Assembly: GCF_018350175.1 (NCBI RefSeq)
Contig: NC_058373.1
Span: forward strand, 118,360,001-118,424,000
DNA from: Felis catus
Lineage: Eukaryota
DNA length: 64,000 bases
Direction of reading: 5' to 3'
This document shows, piece by piece, positions 38,392 through 50,675 of the stretch; position 1 is the stretch's first letter, and each line of letters opens with the position of its first letter. The notes beneath the pieces were generated by a model. It saw nothing but the letters and a program-made list of their open reading frames with translations. It had not been told where the DNA came from and searched no databases. The position numbers and the translations under genes are program-made.

Positions 38392-39182
38392 TAAATAAGT
38401 TATTTAAAACAAAGGTAATAAATACTAAAAACTTATCACTTCCTGATCATTTTATTACATTTTATTATTTATGCTCCTGAAGTTATGTATGATTTTGTAT
38501 CTGTATGTGGAAAAAGTATGTAATGCTAGGCTATTCTGTATCTCCACAACATCATATTCAGTGACTTCATGTTGGTGGCTTGAAATCAGCCATAGTGGAA
38601 GTATTTACACCCCAGAATTTGGCAAAACCTACTAATCATAGCTTGAATGATTGTTTTACTAATGTCCGGATCTAAGAAATTGATGGAGAAAATCCTTCAA
38701 GCTACAACTACACAGAGAACTAGCAGTGACACATTTACTAGCACACCACTGACTAGCATGTTAGAAGATGGTAAGTCTATACACAAAAAGATGAACAGCG
38801 TTAAGAGGGGGATCAGAAGTGCTGGAGGCAGGGATAAAGTTTTAAGTTAAGAAAGTAATATTTGAGCAAAGAACTGAAGGAGCTAAAAAAGTGAGCTATA
38901 TGAACAGGATGAGAGTTCCAGAAAAAGAAAATAATCAGTGTGAAGCTCCTGAGGGGCTGGCTTGTCTTGAGTGTCTGACAAAAAGAAAGGAGGTCAGTGT
39001 GTTCAGTGCAAAATGAAGACAATAGAAAGGAGAGAGGAGACCAAATGGTTACACAGGGCAAAGTCATATAGGGTCTTGTAGGCTAAACACTGATTCTTCC
39101 TCTGAGAGAAATGGGAAGTCATTCAAGGTTCTAAATAGAACTTGTTTTGCAATTGGCTGCTGGGTTAAGAATGGATTGAAGA

Positions 39183-39381
39183 GGGATGCCTGGGTAGCTC
39201 AGTCAGTTAAGTGTCCGACTTTGGCTCAGGTCATGATTGCACTGTTTGTGGGTTTGAGCCTTGTGTCAGGCTCTGAGCTGTCTTCGGATTCTGTGTCTCC
39301 CTCTCTCTCTGCCCCTCCTCTGTTCACACTCACTCTCTCTCTCTCGCTCTCAAAAGTAAACAAAAATTAAAAAAAAAAAAA
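39183..39381 (+). mobile_element. CAN-SINE
   Basis: TSD aagaatggattgaag (39167-39181 / 39382-39396). Confidence 0.93.
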
Positions 39382-39396
39382 AAGAATGGATTGAAG

Positions 39397-41251
39397 ATTT
39401 CCTTTTTGATTTCTTGGTGGAACCATTCATTGTTTATAGCATGTTCTTTAGATTCACGTATTTGGGATCTTTCCAGTTTTTTTTTTTTTCTTCCTTGTGA
39501 TTGATTCCTAGTTTCATAATGTTGTGATCAGAAAAGATGCATGATGGGGCACCTGGGTGGCTCAGTCGGTTAAGCGCTGACTTAGGCTCAGGTCACAATC
39601 TCGCGATTTATGAGTCTGAACCCCGCACTGGCCTCTGTGCTGACAGTGTGCAGCCTGGAGCCTGATTCAGATTCTTTGTCTTCCCCTCTACTCCTCCCCT
39701 GCTCGTGCTCTGTGTGTCTCTTTCTCTCTCAAAAATAAATAAACGTTAAAAAAATTTTTTTAAGAAAAGATGCATGAATAGGATTTCAGTTTTTTTGAAT
39801 CTGTTGAAATTTGTTTTGTGGGCCAGCATAATCTATTCTATAGTATGTTCCAGGTGCACTTGAAAAGAATGTGTATACTCCTGTTTTGGGATGGAATGTT
39901 TTGACTGTATCTGTTAGATCCATCTGGTCCAATGTGTCAGTCAAAGCCACTATTTCCTTGTTGATTTTCTGTCTGGATGACTACTATCCATTGATGTAAC
40001 CGGGGTGTTAAACTCCCCTACTATTATTGCATTACTGTTAATTTCTTCCTTTATGTCTGTTAATAGTTGCTTTATGTGTTTAGGTGCTCCCATGTTGGGT
40101 GTATAAACATTTATAATTGTTACATTCTCTTGTTGGATTGTTCCCTTTATGATTACAGTATCCTTCTTTGTCTCTTATTACATTCTTTGTTTTACATTCT
40201 ATTTGGCTTATATAAGTATTGCTACCCCAGTTTTCTTTCTACTTCCATTTGCATGAGGAATGTTTTTTCACCCCTTCCCTTTCAATCTGCACGTGTCTTT
40301 AGGTCTCAAGTGAGTTTTATAAGTAAACTGCTACAGCCACTGTGGAAAAGAGTATGGAGGTTCCTTAAAATGTTAAAAATAGAATTACCATATGATCCAG
40401 TAATTCCATTACTGCAAATTTCCCCAAAGGAAATGAAAACATTGGAGTGTCTGGGCAGCTCGGTTGAGCATCTAACTCTTGATTACAGCTCAGGTCATGA
40501 TCTCACAGTTCATGGGATCGAGCCCCACATCAGGCTCTGAGCAGACAGTACAGAGCCTGCTTGGGATTCTCTCCCTTTGCCCCTCCCTGGCTTGCACGTC
40601 TGTGTGCACTCTCTCTCAAAATAAATAACCTTAAAAAAAAAAAAAAAGGGAAATGAAAACACTAATTCAAAAAAATACATGCACCCTTATGTTTACTGCA
40701 GCATTATTACAATAGCCCAGATAATGGAAGCAACCCAAGTGTCCATGAATAGATGAATGGATAAAGATACGGTATATGTGTACAATGGAATACTACTTAG
40801 TCATAAAAAAGAATGAGATTTTGCCATTTGCAACAACATGGACCCTAGAGAATACAAAGCTAAGTGAAATAAGTCAGTTAGAAAAACACAAATGTATTAT
40901 CTCACTCATATGTGAAATTTAAGAAAGAAAATAAACAAACCAAGAAAAAAGAAGACAAACAAAAAACCTTGTCTCAAATACAGAGAACAAACTAGTGGCT
41001 ATCAGAGGGGAGATGGTAGGGGGGTGGGTGAAACAAAGGGGATTAAGTGTACACTTATCATATTGAGCACTGAGTAATGTATGGAATTGCTGAATCACTA
41101 TACTGTACACCTGAAATTAATATAACACTATGTAAATTATACATAAAAAAATAAATGAATGAATAAAAAATGTTTTGGAAACAGAGGTGGTGGTTGTACA
41201 ACACTGTGAATGTACTAATAAATACCACTGAATTTTCACTTAAAAACAAAA
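39397..41251 (+). mobile_element. 5'-inverted carnivore L1 with 3' transduction; contains two later SINEs (39546-39762 +, 40443-40647 +)
   Basis: Minus-oriented ORF2 endonuclease piece about 39397-40315, plus-oriented 3' end about 40321-41170, extra segment 41171-41241; TSD aagaatggattgaag (39382-39396 / 41252-41266). Confidence 0.9.
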
Positions 41252-42379
41252 AAGAATGGATTGAAGGGAAAAAGCATGAGGTTAGGGAGACAATTAGGAG
41301 GCTACTATAATAATACAACAGATGATGGTGAACTGGATCCAGATGGTTAATAGAAGTGCTCCTGAATCTGATTTCCTTAACAGCTCTAGAAAATGCACTG
41401 TTCACTGATACAGTATCTGTTGAAATCACATTAAGTCTATTTAAATGGGAGACAGGTATATGAGATCCCACTATTAATGCTGAAATTAAACACAAACAGA
41501 TCAACTGTTTCAAACAGGAAGTCTTATCTACAGTATCAATCAAAAGATCAGCTGAACTGTCCTATTTTTCATGGCAATTTAACTTCATGCTTAACAAAAT
41601 AAATAAATTTCTTCAACACTGCCTAAGTGTATGAATGTATGATGGATTACATGCACATTTTAGAGTAATTTGCTCTACACAGGGAAGAATAAAGAACAAG
41701 AAGATATAATAAATATCAGGCATCCACTGTGTGAATAATACTATAGTAAGAGTTTCATGTGCAAGTTTACAGATTGTTAAGAAATAACTGTCCCTAACCA
41801 CAGGAAGCCGGCATGAAAGGGAAGAGACTAATTATAGGATTAACTCCGAAATGCCCCCTAAAAACATCACATACAGAAAATGGCAAAATAAAACCCCAAA
41901 TAAAGGAAAACATTCTAAACCGATTCTCTGTTAAGAAAAACTTAACTAGTAAGCAAAGGTTCATCTGACATGTTCTCAACAACTAAGGAGGTTAAAATTC
42001 CTAAAAGAATCTTCTATGGCCAGTTCAGTCATGTAAGGTATAGTACTATTATGTCTTTAAACAAACAAAAATTCTCTAATATACAATAAGGAACAATAAT
42101 TGATTCACATGGTGAGCCACAAGCTGGAAATGGTCTTACCTGTTAGAAAAACGTAATGAAACTAAAAAGACCAAGAATGAATGGAACAAAAAGTATAATT
42201 TCTAACAATGGCTTATCAATGTGGCATATGTAGTTAGTTTTACGGTAATGAAGTTGGATTATTTTAATATAAAAATATTTTAACAAGAGTAACTCTATAA
42301 TAATACAAGACTTTCTATAGTGGTTGTTTACATTAGAATGGACTACTCAGAAAGACTGCATAAGTATCACTTTTCTGAG

Positions 42380-42915
42380 TAATCAGGAATATGCAAATCA
42401 AAACACCATATGTCATTTTACCTCTGTCAGTTTAGCAAATATTAAATAATCAAATAATAAAACATGGAGCAAAAGCATTCTTATTCCCTTAATAGGAGAA
42501 TAAATTGGTGCAACCATTTTGAAAAGTAATCTCACATTGCCTAGGAAAGTTGAAGACACCTATTCCTTTACAATTTACTGATTCCATTTCTAGGTCTACA
42601 TTCTAGAGAAATTCTCACACAAGTGTACAAAAAGGTATGCAACATAATATCTATGTAGCACTGTTTGTTGTAACAGTAAAATAACACTAGAATCTAATTA
42701 TCCATTCAGAGAAGAAATACAGAATACTCACACATTAGAATACCCTGCAGAAGTAAAAATGATACCTTGATAAAAAATAAATCTCAAAAAATAAATTAAT
42801 CAAGAGTAAGGGAAGTAAAAAGGAATGATCTACAGCATATAACATGGATGAATCTCACAATCACAATGTTGAAAGAAGGGAGCAAATTGCTTATATTATG
42901 ATTCATTTATATGCA
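42380..42915 (+). mobile_element. Old L1M (L1ME-like) 3' end; resumes near 43360-43538 and 49013-49090
   Basis: atgcaaatcaaaacacca, aaattggtgcaaccattttgaaaa, acatggatgaatctcacaa. Confidence 0.75.
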
Positions 42916-43019
42916 TACTAACAACACTGAGAAAATATCACCTATATAACAGGCACTGTACACATTGCAGGTAATGATTCATTTAATCCTCAAAACAGTA
43001 CTATCAGGTAAATTCTATA

Positions 43020-43220
43020 TTTTTAAAGATTATTTATTTATTTTGAGAGAGAGAGAAAGAGAACATGCACACACATGCGGGGTGGCAGAGAGAGAGACAA
43101 AGTGAGCTGACAGCGCAGAGCCAGATGCGGGGCTGGGGGCTCAATCCCTCGATCCTGAGATCATGACCTGAGCCAATATCAAGAGTCAGATGCCCAGCCA
43201 ACTGAACCACCAGGTGGCCC
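43020..43220 (-). mobile_element. CAN-SINE nested in a MIR relic
   Basis: TSD-like gtaaattctat; MIR text on both sides. Confidence 0.85.
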
Positions 43221-43538
43221 AAGTAAATTCTATTTTTAATCTCTTTTTTCATACATGAAGAAGCAGGCACAGAGAAGTAATTTGCCCAAATTACATGGTG
43301 GCAGAACCACCTGGCATAAGAATCTGTGTTCTTAGTTTTCTGACATTACACTGCCTCTCAAAAATATGCAAAACTAAACAAGATAACATCAAGGATACCT
43401 ACATAATTAACAAAACTAAAGAAAATAAAAGAATGATAAACATAATTAAGAGCAGTGTTACTGAGGTAAAAGAAAGGGGGACATAACAGGGAAAAGTTCA
43501 CATGGGGACTTAAAAGTTTTAGTAATGTTCTAATTCTT

Positions 43539-46500
43539 TATTTTTTTAAATTTTAATCCCAGTATAGTTAACATGCAGTATTATATTTGCTTCAGGTGTA
43601 CAACATAGTCATATGACAATTCTATACATTACCCAGTACTTATCATGGTAACTATATTTCTTAAGTTTATTTATTGCTTTTGAGATAGAGTATGCAAGTG
43701 GGGGAAGGGGCAGAGAGAGAGAGGGGGAGAAAATCCCAAGCAGGCTCCACACACAGCAGAGAGCCTGACCAGGCTGGATCTCACCAACTGCGAGATCATG
43801 ACCTAGGCCAAAATCAACTGTGGGACATTCAAGTGACTGAGCCACCCACGTGCCCCAGTAAGGACACTCTTAATCCCCTTCTATTTCACCATCCCCTCTG
43901 GTAACCATCAGTTTGATCTCTATAGTTAAGAGTCTGATTTTTAAATCTTTTTTCTTTGTTTCCTTCATTTCTTAAATTCTACATATGAATGAGATCACAT
44001 GGTATTTGTTTTTCTCTGACTGACTTGTTCCACCAGCATTATACTCTAGATCCATCCATGTTGTTGCAAATGGCAAGATTTCACTTGTTGTTCTGGCTGA
44101 GTAATATTCCACTGTGTAAAACACTACATCTTCTTTACGCATGCATCTGTCAATGGACACTTCCATAATGTGGGCTGCTTCCATAATTTGGCTATTGTAA
44201 ATAATGCTGCAGTAAACAACTGGGGTGCATGTCTCCCTTGGGATTAGTGTTTTTATATTCTCTGGGTAAATACCTAGTAATGGAACTACTGGATCATAAG
44301 GTAATTCTATTTTTAACTTTCTGAGGAACCTCCATGCTGTTTTCCACGGTGGCTGCACCACAGCATTCCAGCAGCAGCAGAGCGCAGGGGTTCCTTTTTC
44401 TCCACATCCTCACCAACACTTGTTTCTTGTGTTGTTGGTTTTAGCCATTCTGACAGGTGTGAGGTGATATCTCATTGTGATTTTGACTTGCATTTCCCTG
44501 ATGGCTAGTGATGTTGAACATCTTTTCATGTGTGTGTTAGCCATCGGTATATCTTCTTTAGAGAAATGTCTGTCCAGACATTTAGAGAAAGTGGTCTAGT
44601 TTCATTCTTTTCCATGTAGCTGCCCAGTTTTCCCAATGCCATAGGTTGAGGAGACTGTCTTTTTGCCATTGTACATTCTTGCCTCCTTTGTCAGAGATTA
44701 ATTGACCATATAATTGTGAGTTTACTTCTGGGCTCTCTGTTTTGTTCCATCGATCTATGTGTCTGTTTTTTGTGCCAGTACCATATTGTTTTGACTACTA
44801 CAGCTTTGCAGTAGGTCTTGAAATCTCCGTTTGTGATACCTCCAGTTTTGTTCTTCCTTTTCAAGACTGCTTTGACAGTTTGGGGTCTTTTGTGGTTCCA
44901 TACAAGTTTTAGGATTATTTGTTCTAGTTCTGTGAAAAATGCTGTTGGTTATTTTGATAGGAATTGCATTAAATCTGTAGGTTGCTTTGGGCAGTATGGC
45001 CATTTTGACAATATTTGTTCTTCCAGTCCATGAGCATGGAATGTCTTTCCATTTCTTTGTGTCATCTTCATTTCTTTCATCGGTTTTTCAGAGTACAGGT
45101 CTTTCACCTCTTTGGTTAAGTTTATTCCTAGGTATTTTATTATTTTTGGTGCAGTTGTAAATGGGATTGTTTTCTCAATCTCTCTTTCTGCTACTGCATT
45201 ATTAGTGTCTAGAAATGCAAAGGATTTCTGTATACTGATTTTGTATCCCATGATCTTACTGAATTAATTTATCGGTTCTAGTAGCTTTTTGGTGGAATCG
45301 TTGGGGCTTTCTATATGTAGAATCATGTCATCTGCAAATAGTGAAAGTTTTTACTTCTTCCTTACCAATCTTGGATACCTTTTATTTCTTCTTCTTGTCT
45401 CATTGCTCTGGCTAGGACTTCCAGGGCTATGTTGAATAAAAGTGGTGAGAGTGGATATCCTAGTCTTGTTCCTGATCTTAAGGGGAAGGCTCTCAGTTTT
45501 TCACTGTTGAGTATGATGCTAGCTCTGGGTTTTTCCTTACATGGCCTTTTTTATGCTGAGGTATGTTCCTTCTAAACCTGCTTTGTTGAGGGTCTTTATC
45601 ATGAATGGATGTTGTACTTCGTCAAATGATTTCTCTGCATCTACTGAAATGATCACGGTTTTTCTCCTTTCTCTTACTGATGTGATGATGCATCACGTTG
45701 ATTGAGTTGTGGATACTAAACCACCCTTGCATCCGGGAACAAATCCCACTCGATTGTGTGATTGTGGTGAAAGATTTTTTAAATGTATTGTTGGATTCGG
45801 TTTGCTAATATTTTGTTGAGGATTACTGCATCTATGTGCATTAGAGATATTGGTCTGTAGTTCTCTTTTTCTGTAGAGTCTTTATCTGGTTTTGGTATCA
45901 GAGTTAACGCTGGATTCACAGAATGAATTGGAAGCTTTCCTTCCTCTTCTGTGTTTTGGAATACTTTTAGAAGAATAGGTATTAACTTTTCTTTAATTGT
46001 GTTGTATAACTCACTTGTGAAGTTGTCTGGTGCTGGACTTTTTGTTTCTTGAGAGTATTTTTTATTACTGATTCAATTTCATTGCTGGTAATTGGTCTGT
46101 TCAAATTTTCTATTTCTCCCTGATTCCGTATTGGGAGGTTATATGTTTCTAGGAGTTTATCTATTTCTTCTAGGTTGTTCAATTTGTTGGAATGTAATTT
46201 TTCATAATATTCTTTATAATCCTTTGCATTTCTGTGCTGTTAATTCTCCTCTTTCATTTCTGATTTTCTTTGAGTCCTCTCTTTTTTTGTTTGTTTTTTT
46301 CTGATGAGTCTGGCTGAAGGTTTATTAATTTTGTTGATCTTTTTGAAGAACCAGCTCCCGGTTTCATTGATCTGTTTTACTGTTTTTTAGTTTCTATTTC
46401 ATTCATTTCTGCTCTAATCTTTATTTTCTTCCTTCTACTGGTTTTGAGTTTCATTTGTTCTTTTTATAGCTCTAATTTTAGGTGTATGTTTAGGTTATTT

Positions 46501-46709
46501 GAGATTTTTCTTGCTTTTGGGGTTTGTCTATACTCCAATAACTTTCCTCTTAAAACAGCTTTCGCATCTCAAAGATTTTTGGATCAATGTGCTTTTGTTT
46601 TCATTTGTCTCATTGTATTTTTTTTTCACTTCCTCTTTGACTTCTTGGTTGACCCATGCAGTGTTTAGTAACATGTTATTTAAGCTCCATGTATCTGTGT
46701 TCTTTCCAG

Positions 46710-46750
<41 letters not shown>

Positions 46751-48302
46751 GTTGATTTCCGGTTTCATAGTGCTGTGGTCAGAAAAGGTGCATGGTATGA
46801 CTTCAACTTTTTGAATCTGTTGAGACTTGTTTTGTGGCCTAATATGTGATATATTCTGGAGAATATTCCATACTTCAAAGGAATATGTATTCTGTTCTTT
46901 TAGGATGGAATGTTCTGAATGTATATCTCTTAGCTCCATCTGGTCCAATGTGTCATTCGAAGCCACTGTTACCTTGTTGATGATCTATCCATTGATGTGA
47001 ATATGGTGTTGAAGTCCCCCACTATTATTGTATTACTATCAATTAGTTCCTTTATGTTTGTTATTAGCTGCTTTATGTATTTCAGCGCTACCAGGTTGGG
47101 TCATAAATTTTTACAATTGTTATATTTTCTTGTTGAATTATTCCCCTTTAGATTATGTAGTGTCCTTCTTTGTCTCTTGTTACAGTCTTTGTTTTAAAGT
47201 ATATTTTGTCCTATATAAGTATGGCTACCCTAGATTTCTTTTCACTTCCATTTACATGATAAATGCTTTTCTATCCCTACCCTTTCAATTTGTATGTGTC
47301 TTTAGGTCTGAAAACAGTCTCTTGTAGGCAGGTCTTACTTTTTTATGCATTCCACCAACCTGTGTCTTTTGATTGGACCGTTTAGTCGATTTACATTCAA
47401 AGTAATTGTTGATAGGTATGTACTTACCGCCATTTTGCTATTTGCTTTATGGCTGTTTTTGTAGTTCTTCCCTGTTCCTTTCTTCTCTTGCTCTCTTCTC
47501 TCATGATTTTTGCTTTCTTTAGCCATATACTTGGATTCCTTTCTCTTTATTTTTTGTATTTCTATTACAGATTTTTTACTGGTGGTTACCATTGGTTCAT
47601 ATATAACTTCTTAGGCATAGAGCAGTCTATATTAAGTTGATGGTCACTTAAGTTTAAACCCATTCTTTACTACCCACCCCCACCATTTTTTAGGTATATG
47701 GTGTCATACTTTCTTATATCCTTTTATTTTGTGAATCCCATGACTGATTTTTATAGACATACTTAATTTTACTGCTTTTGTACTTCCTAACTTTTCTCAC
47801 TCCTGCTTATGGTCTTTCCTTTCCATTCAAAGACTCCCATTTAACATTTCTTGTAGGGCTGGTTTAGTGGTCATGGATTCCTTTAATTTTTGTTTGGAAA
47901 ACTCTTTATCTCTCCTTCTGTTCTAAATAACCTTGCTGGTAGGAATAATCTTGGCTGCAGGTTTTTTTCTTTCAGCACTTTGAAAATATCATGCCACTCC
48001 TTTCTGGTCTGTAGAGTTTCTGCTGAAAAATCAGCTGAGAGCCTTATGGGATTTCCCTTGTATATGGAGAGTTGTGTTCTTTTCTCTTGCTGCTTTAAAA
48101 ATTCTCTCCTTATCGGTACTCCTTGCCATGTTAATTACTATGTGTCTTGGTATGATTTTGTGGCTCTCTTTGTGTCCTGGATCTGGATTTCTGTTTCCTT
48201 TCCCAGATTTGAGAAGTCTTCAACTATTATTTCTTGAAATAAATTTCCTGTCCCCCTTTCTTTCTCTTCTCTTTCTCGGATCCCTATAATGTGAATGTTA
48301 AA
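43539..48302 (-). mobile_element. 5'-truncated older carnivore L1 (part of ORF1, ORF2, 3'UTR), with nested SINE 43660-43857 and (TG)n at about 46711-46748
   Basis: ORF2 fragments ([36 protein letters not shown]) and ORF1-like text; TSD taatgttctaattctt (43523-43538 / 48303-48318). Confidence 0.95.
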
Positions 48303-48318
48303 TAATGTTCTAATTCTT

Positions 48319-48573
48319 CTTCTTTCTTTTTTTTTATTTTTATTTTTAAGAGAGAGACAGAGCATGAGTGAGGGACGGCAGAGACAGAGACACAGAATCC
48401 AAAGTAGGCTCCAGGCTCTGAGCTGTGTGAACAGAGCCTGATGTGGGGCCTGAACTCACAAGCTATAAGATCATGACATGGGCTGAAGTTGGACACTTAA
48501 CTGACTGAGCCTCCCAGGCACCCCAGTAATGTTCTAATTCTTTAAGAAAAAAATTTTTTTAATGTTTATTTTT

Positions 48574-48607
<34 letters not shown>

Positions 48608-48994
48608 AAGCAGGGGAGGAGCAAAGAGAGAGGGAGACATAGAATCTGAAGCAGGCTCCAGGCTCTGAGCTGTCAGCATAGAGCCTGACGCAGGGCTTGA
48701 ACTCATGAACCAACCATGAGATCATGACCCAAGCCAAAGTTGGATGCTCAACTGATTGAGCCACCCCAGGTGCCCCTGTTCTAATTCTTTTTTTTTTTTT
48801 AAGTTTTTTAAATGTTTATTTATTTTTGAGAGCGAGTGAGCAGGTGAGGGGCAGAGACAGAGGGAGACAGAAGATCGAAAGCAGGCTCCACGGTGATAGC
48901 AGAGAGCCTGACATGGGGCTAGAACCCACCAACTATGAGATGGTGACCTGAGCCAAAGTCAGATGTTCAACCAACTGAGCCACCCAGGCACCCC
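48319..48994 (-). mobile_element. Three tandem CAN-SINEs (48319-48524, 48543-48776, 48790-48994)
   Basis: Each is separated by a copy of tgttctaattctt. Confidence 0.95.
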
Positions 48995-50675
48995 ACCCCT
49001 GTTCTAATTCTTAAACTGAGTTGTAGATACACAAGTTTTCAGTTCATTATGCTCTATACCCCACATATGTTATATATATTCTTTTGGATAGATCAACTAT
49101 TTTATAATTTTAGGTGAAGATTAAGGTGGAAAATCCTTTCCTGAAACTGAGGATTAAGATGGGGAATGTAGAAATATAAATACATACGCACACATAATTA
49201 AGAGACATCTAACAAAGAGTAAGAAAAATAAATCACACATAGTTATAAAAGTTAAAAGACTTTCTCACTTTTATTTAAAAAAATAAAGTCACTGAAATTT
49301 AGTCTGTCCAGCCAAATCTGGAATGAACCAGAAGCCTTTAGAGGTACAACTCTTGGAGAAATGGGAACTTTCTAGAGTTTTTCCCCCCTACATTATATTT
49401 GTTTGCTTTTATTTGTTCTATAGTCACAACCACACCTCTAACTTTAGGCCTCTCTTGTATATAAATTATAAGGACGAGTGGAAAAAACAACAGTATGCTT
49501 CAGAAAGTTAACTATGAGGAGAAAAAACCCCAAAACTATAGCCCAAATTTGATATACATAGGAGATATAAAAGACACATTCAGGAAACTTGACCCTGACA
49601 CTTAAGATTGCTTCCTTGTAAGAAAAAGAAACAAAGCCAAAATGGTAAGATTACTCTAATTTTTATAAATGTATTAATTAGTACCAAATGTAACAATATA
49701 TAAAATAAACTATTAAACCATAGGTATCATTTTGAAAACCTGAAAAAAAATAGAAAACTCACAAATTTCCTTAAATTAGCTAAACTTCTTTTTTCAGGAG
49801 ACTCTAATCCCACAAGGCTATTCCAAAGATAGCACTAAAAGCAAAAATCACATAAATTGATAATTATCTTGGGAATACCTCAAATCATCCACAAAGTATA
49901 GTATTACACTATCTTGCAATAAATCCAACACAAACAGGATTTTTCTAGTATGGAACAGTTTGCTATTTTCAACTGAATACAGTTAAAGTAGCTGCCTTAT
50001 GCTTAGGAACTATGCCATGAGAAAAGCATCTATCTAGCACTAGAATCACACGGTATGCTCACACTATGGGAGGCACAAAAACACTGTAGAGAAGAAACTT
50101 GCTGAGTAGAACAGCAAAGAGAACCTAAATTTAATTTTATTGCCTTTAACTTTATTATTCTCTAAACAAATATGGTTGGATGTGAAAATATACAATCCTA
50201 CTATATTCTTCCTCACACTTCTATTCCAGAATTCTACAGGGAAAGTTATGAGAAAAAAAAATGCACTGACTGTCCATCTGCCAAAAACATTTTTTTTTTA
50301 TTCACTCACTAAAATTTAAGCTAAAAATGACATATTAAATAATCATTACATTAACAAAGAATATTGTACCACAAGCAAAAAGTATTTCATCTCTGAGTTT
50401 TCTTTGATTTCTACTATTTCTTATGGTGTGTAATATGCTTTCAAGTCATAAGACATTTAGAGTGAAAAAAAAAATTTTATTTCATCAAGTTAAGTAAGTT
50501 TAAAAAATATAAGGAATCCTAGACTTTCCACATGGCCAAAGGATTCAGCAGTAGGTCATCTAGTCAATCTCCTACTGAATCAATGAATTCTAAGAATTCT
50601 GGATTACATTAAATATTGGCCTAACTGGCATAATTTGCCTAACAGGAAACAATTTATAACTTATTAAGTTGTATC

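Larger units (their letters stand above)
33400..38751. mobile_element. MER63-like hAT-Blackjack element split into 33400-33478 and 38392-38751 by nested insertions
   Basis: ttaaacacagcctttattaaaaattaaattata continues as aaaacaaaggtaataaatact...cttgaaatcagccatagtggaagtatttacacc...agcacaccactg terminus. Confidence 0.8.

Noticed and set aside
40067..40540. 157-aa plus-strand ORF
   Set aside because: Chance read-through across the L1 inversion junction into a SINE.
41058..41543. 161-aa minus-strand ORF
   Set aside because: Runs across unique, L2, transduced and L1 sequence; no recognisable domain; starts at a non-ATG codon.
43521..49012. Repeated tgttctaattctt with spacers, as a CRISPR-like array
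   Set aside because: Eukaryotic DNA; the spacers are SINEs and an L1, and the repeats are target-site duplications.
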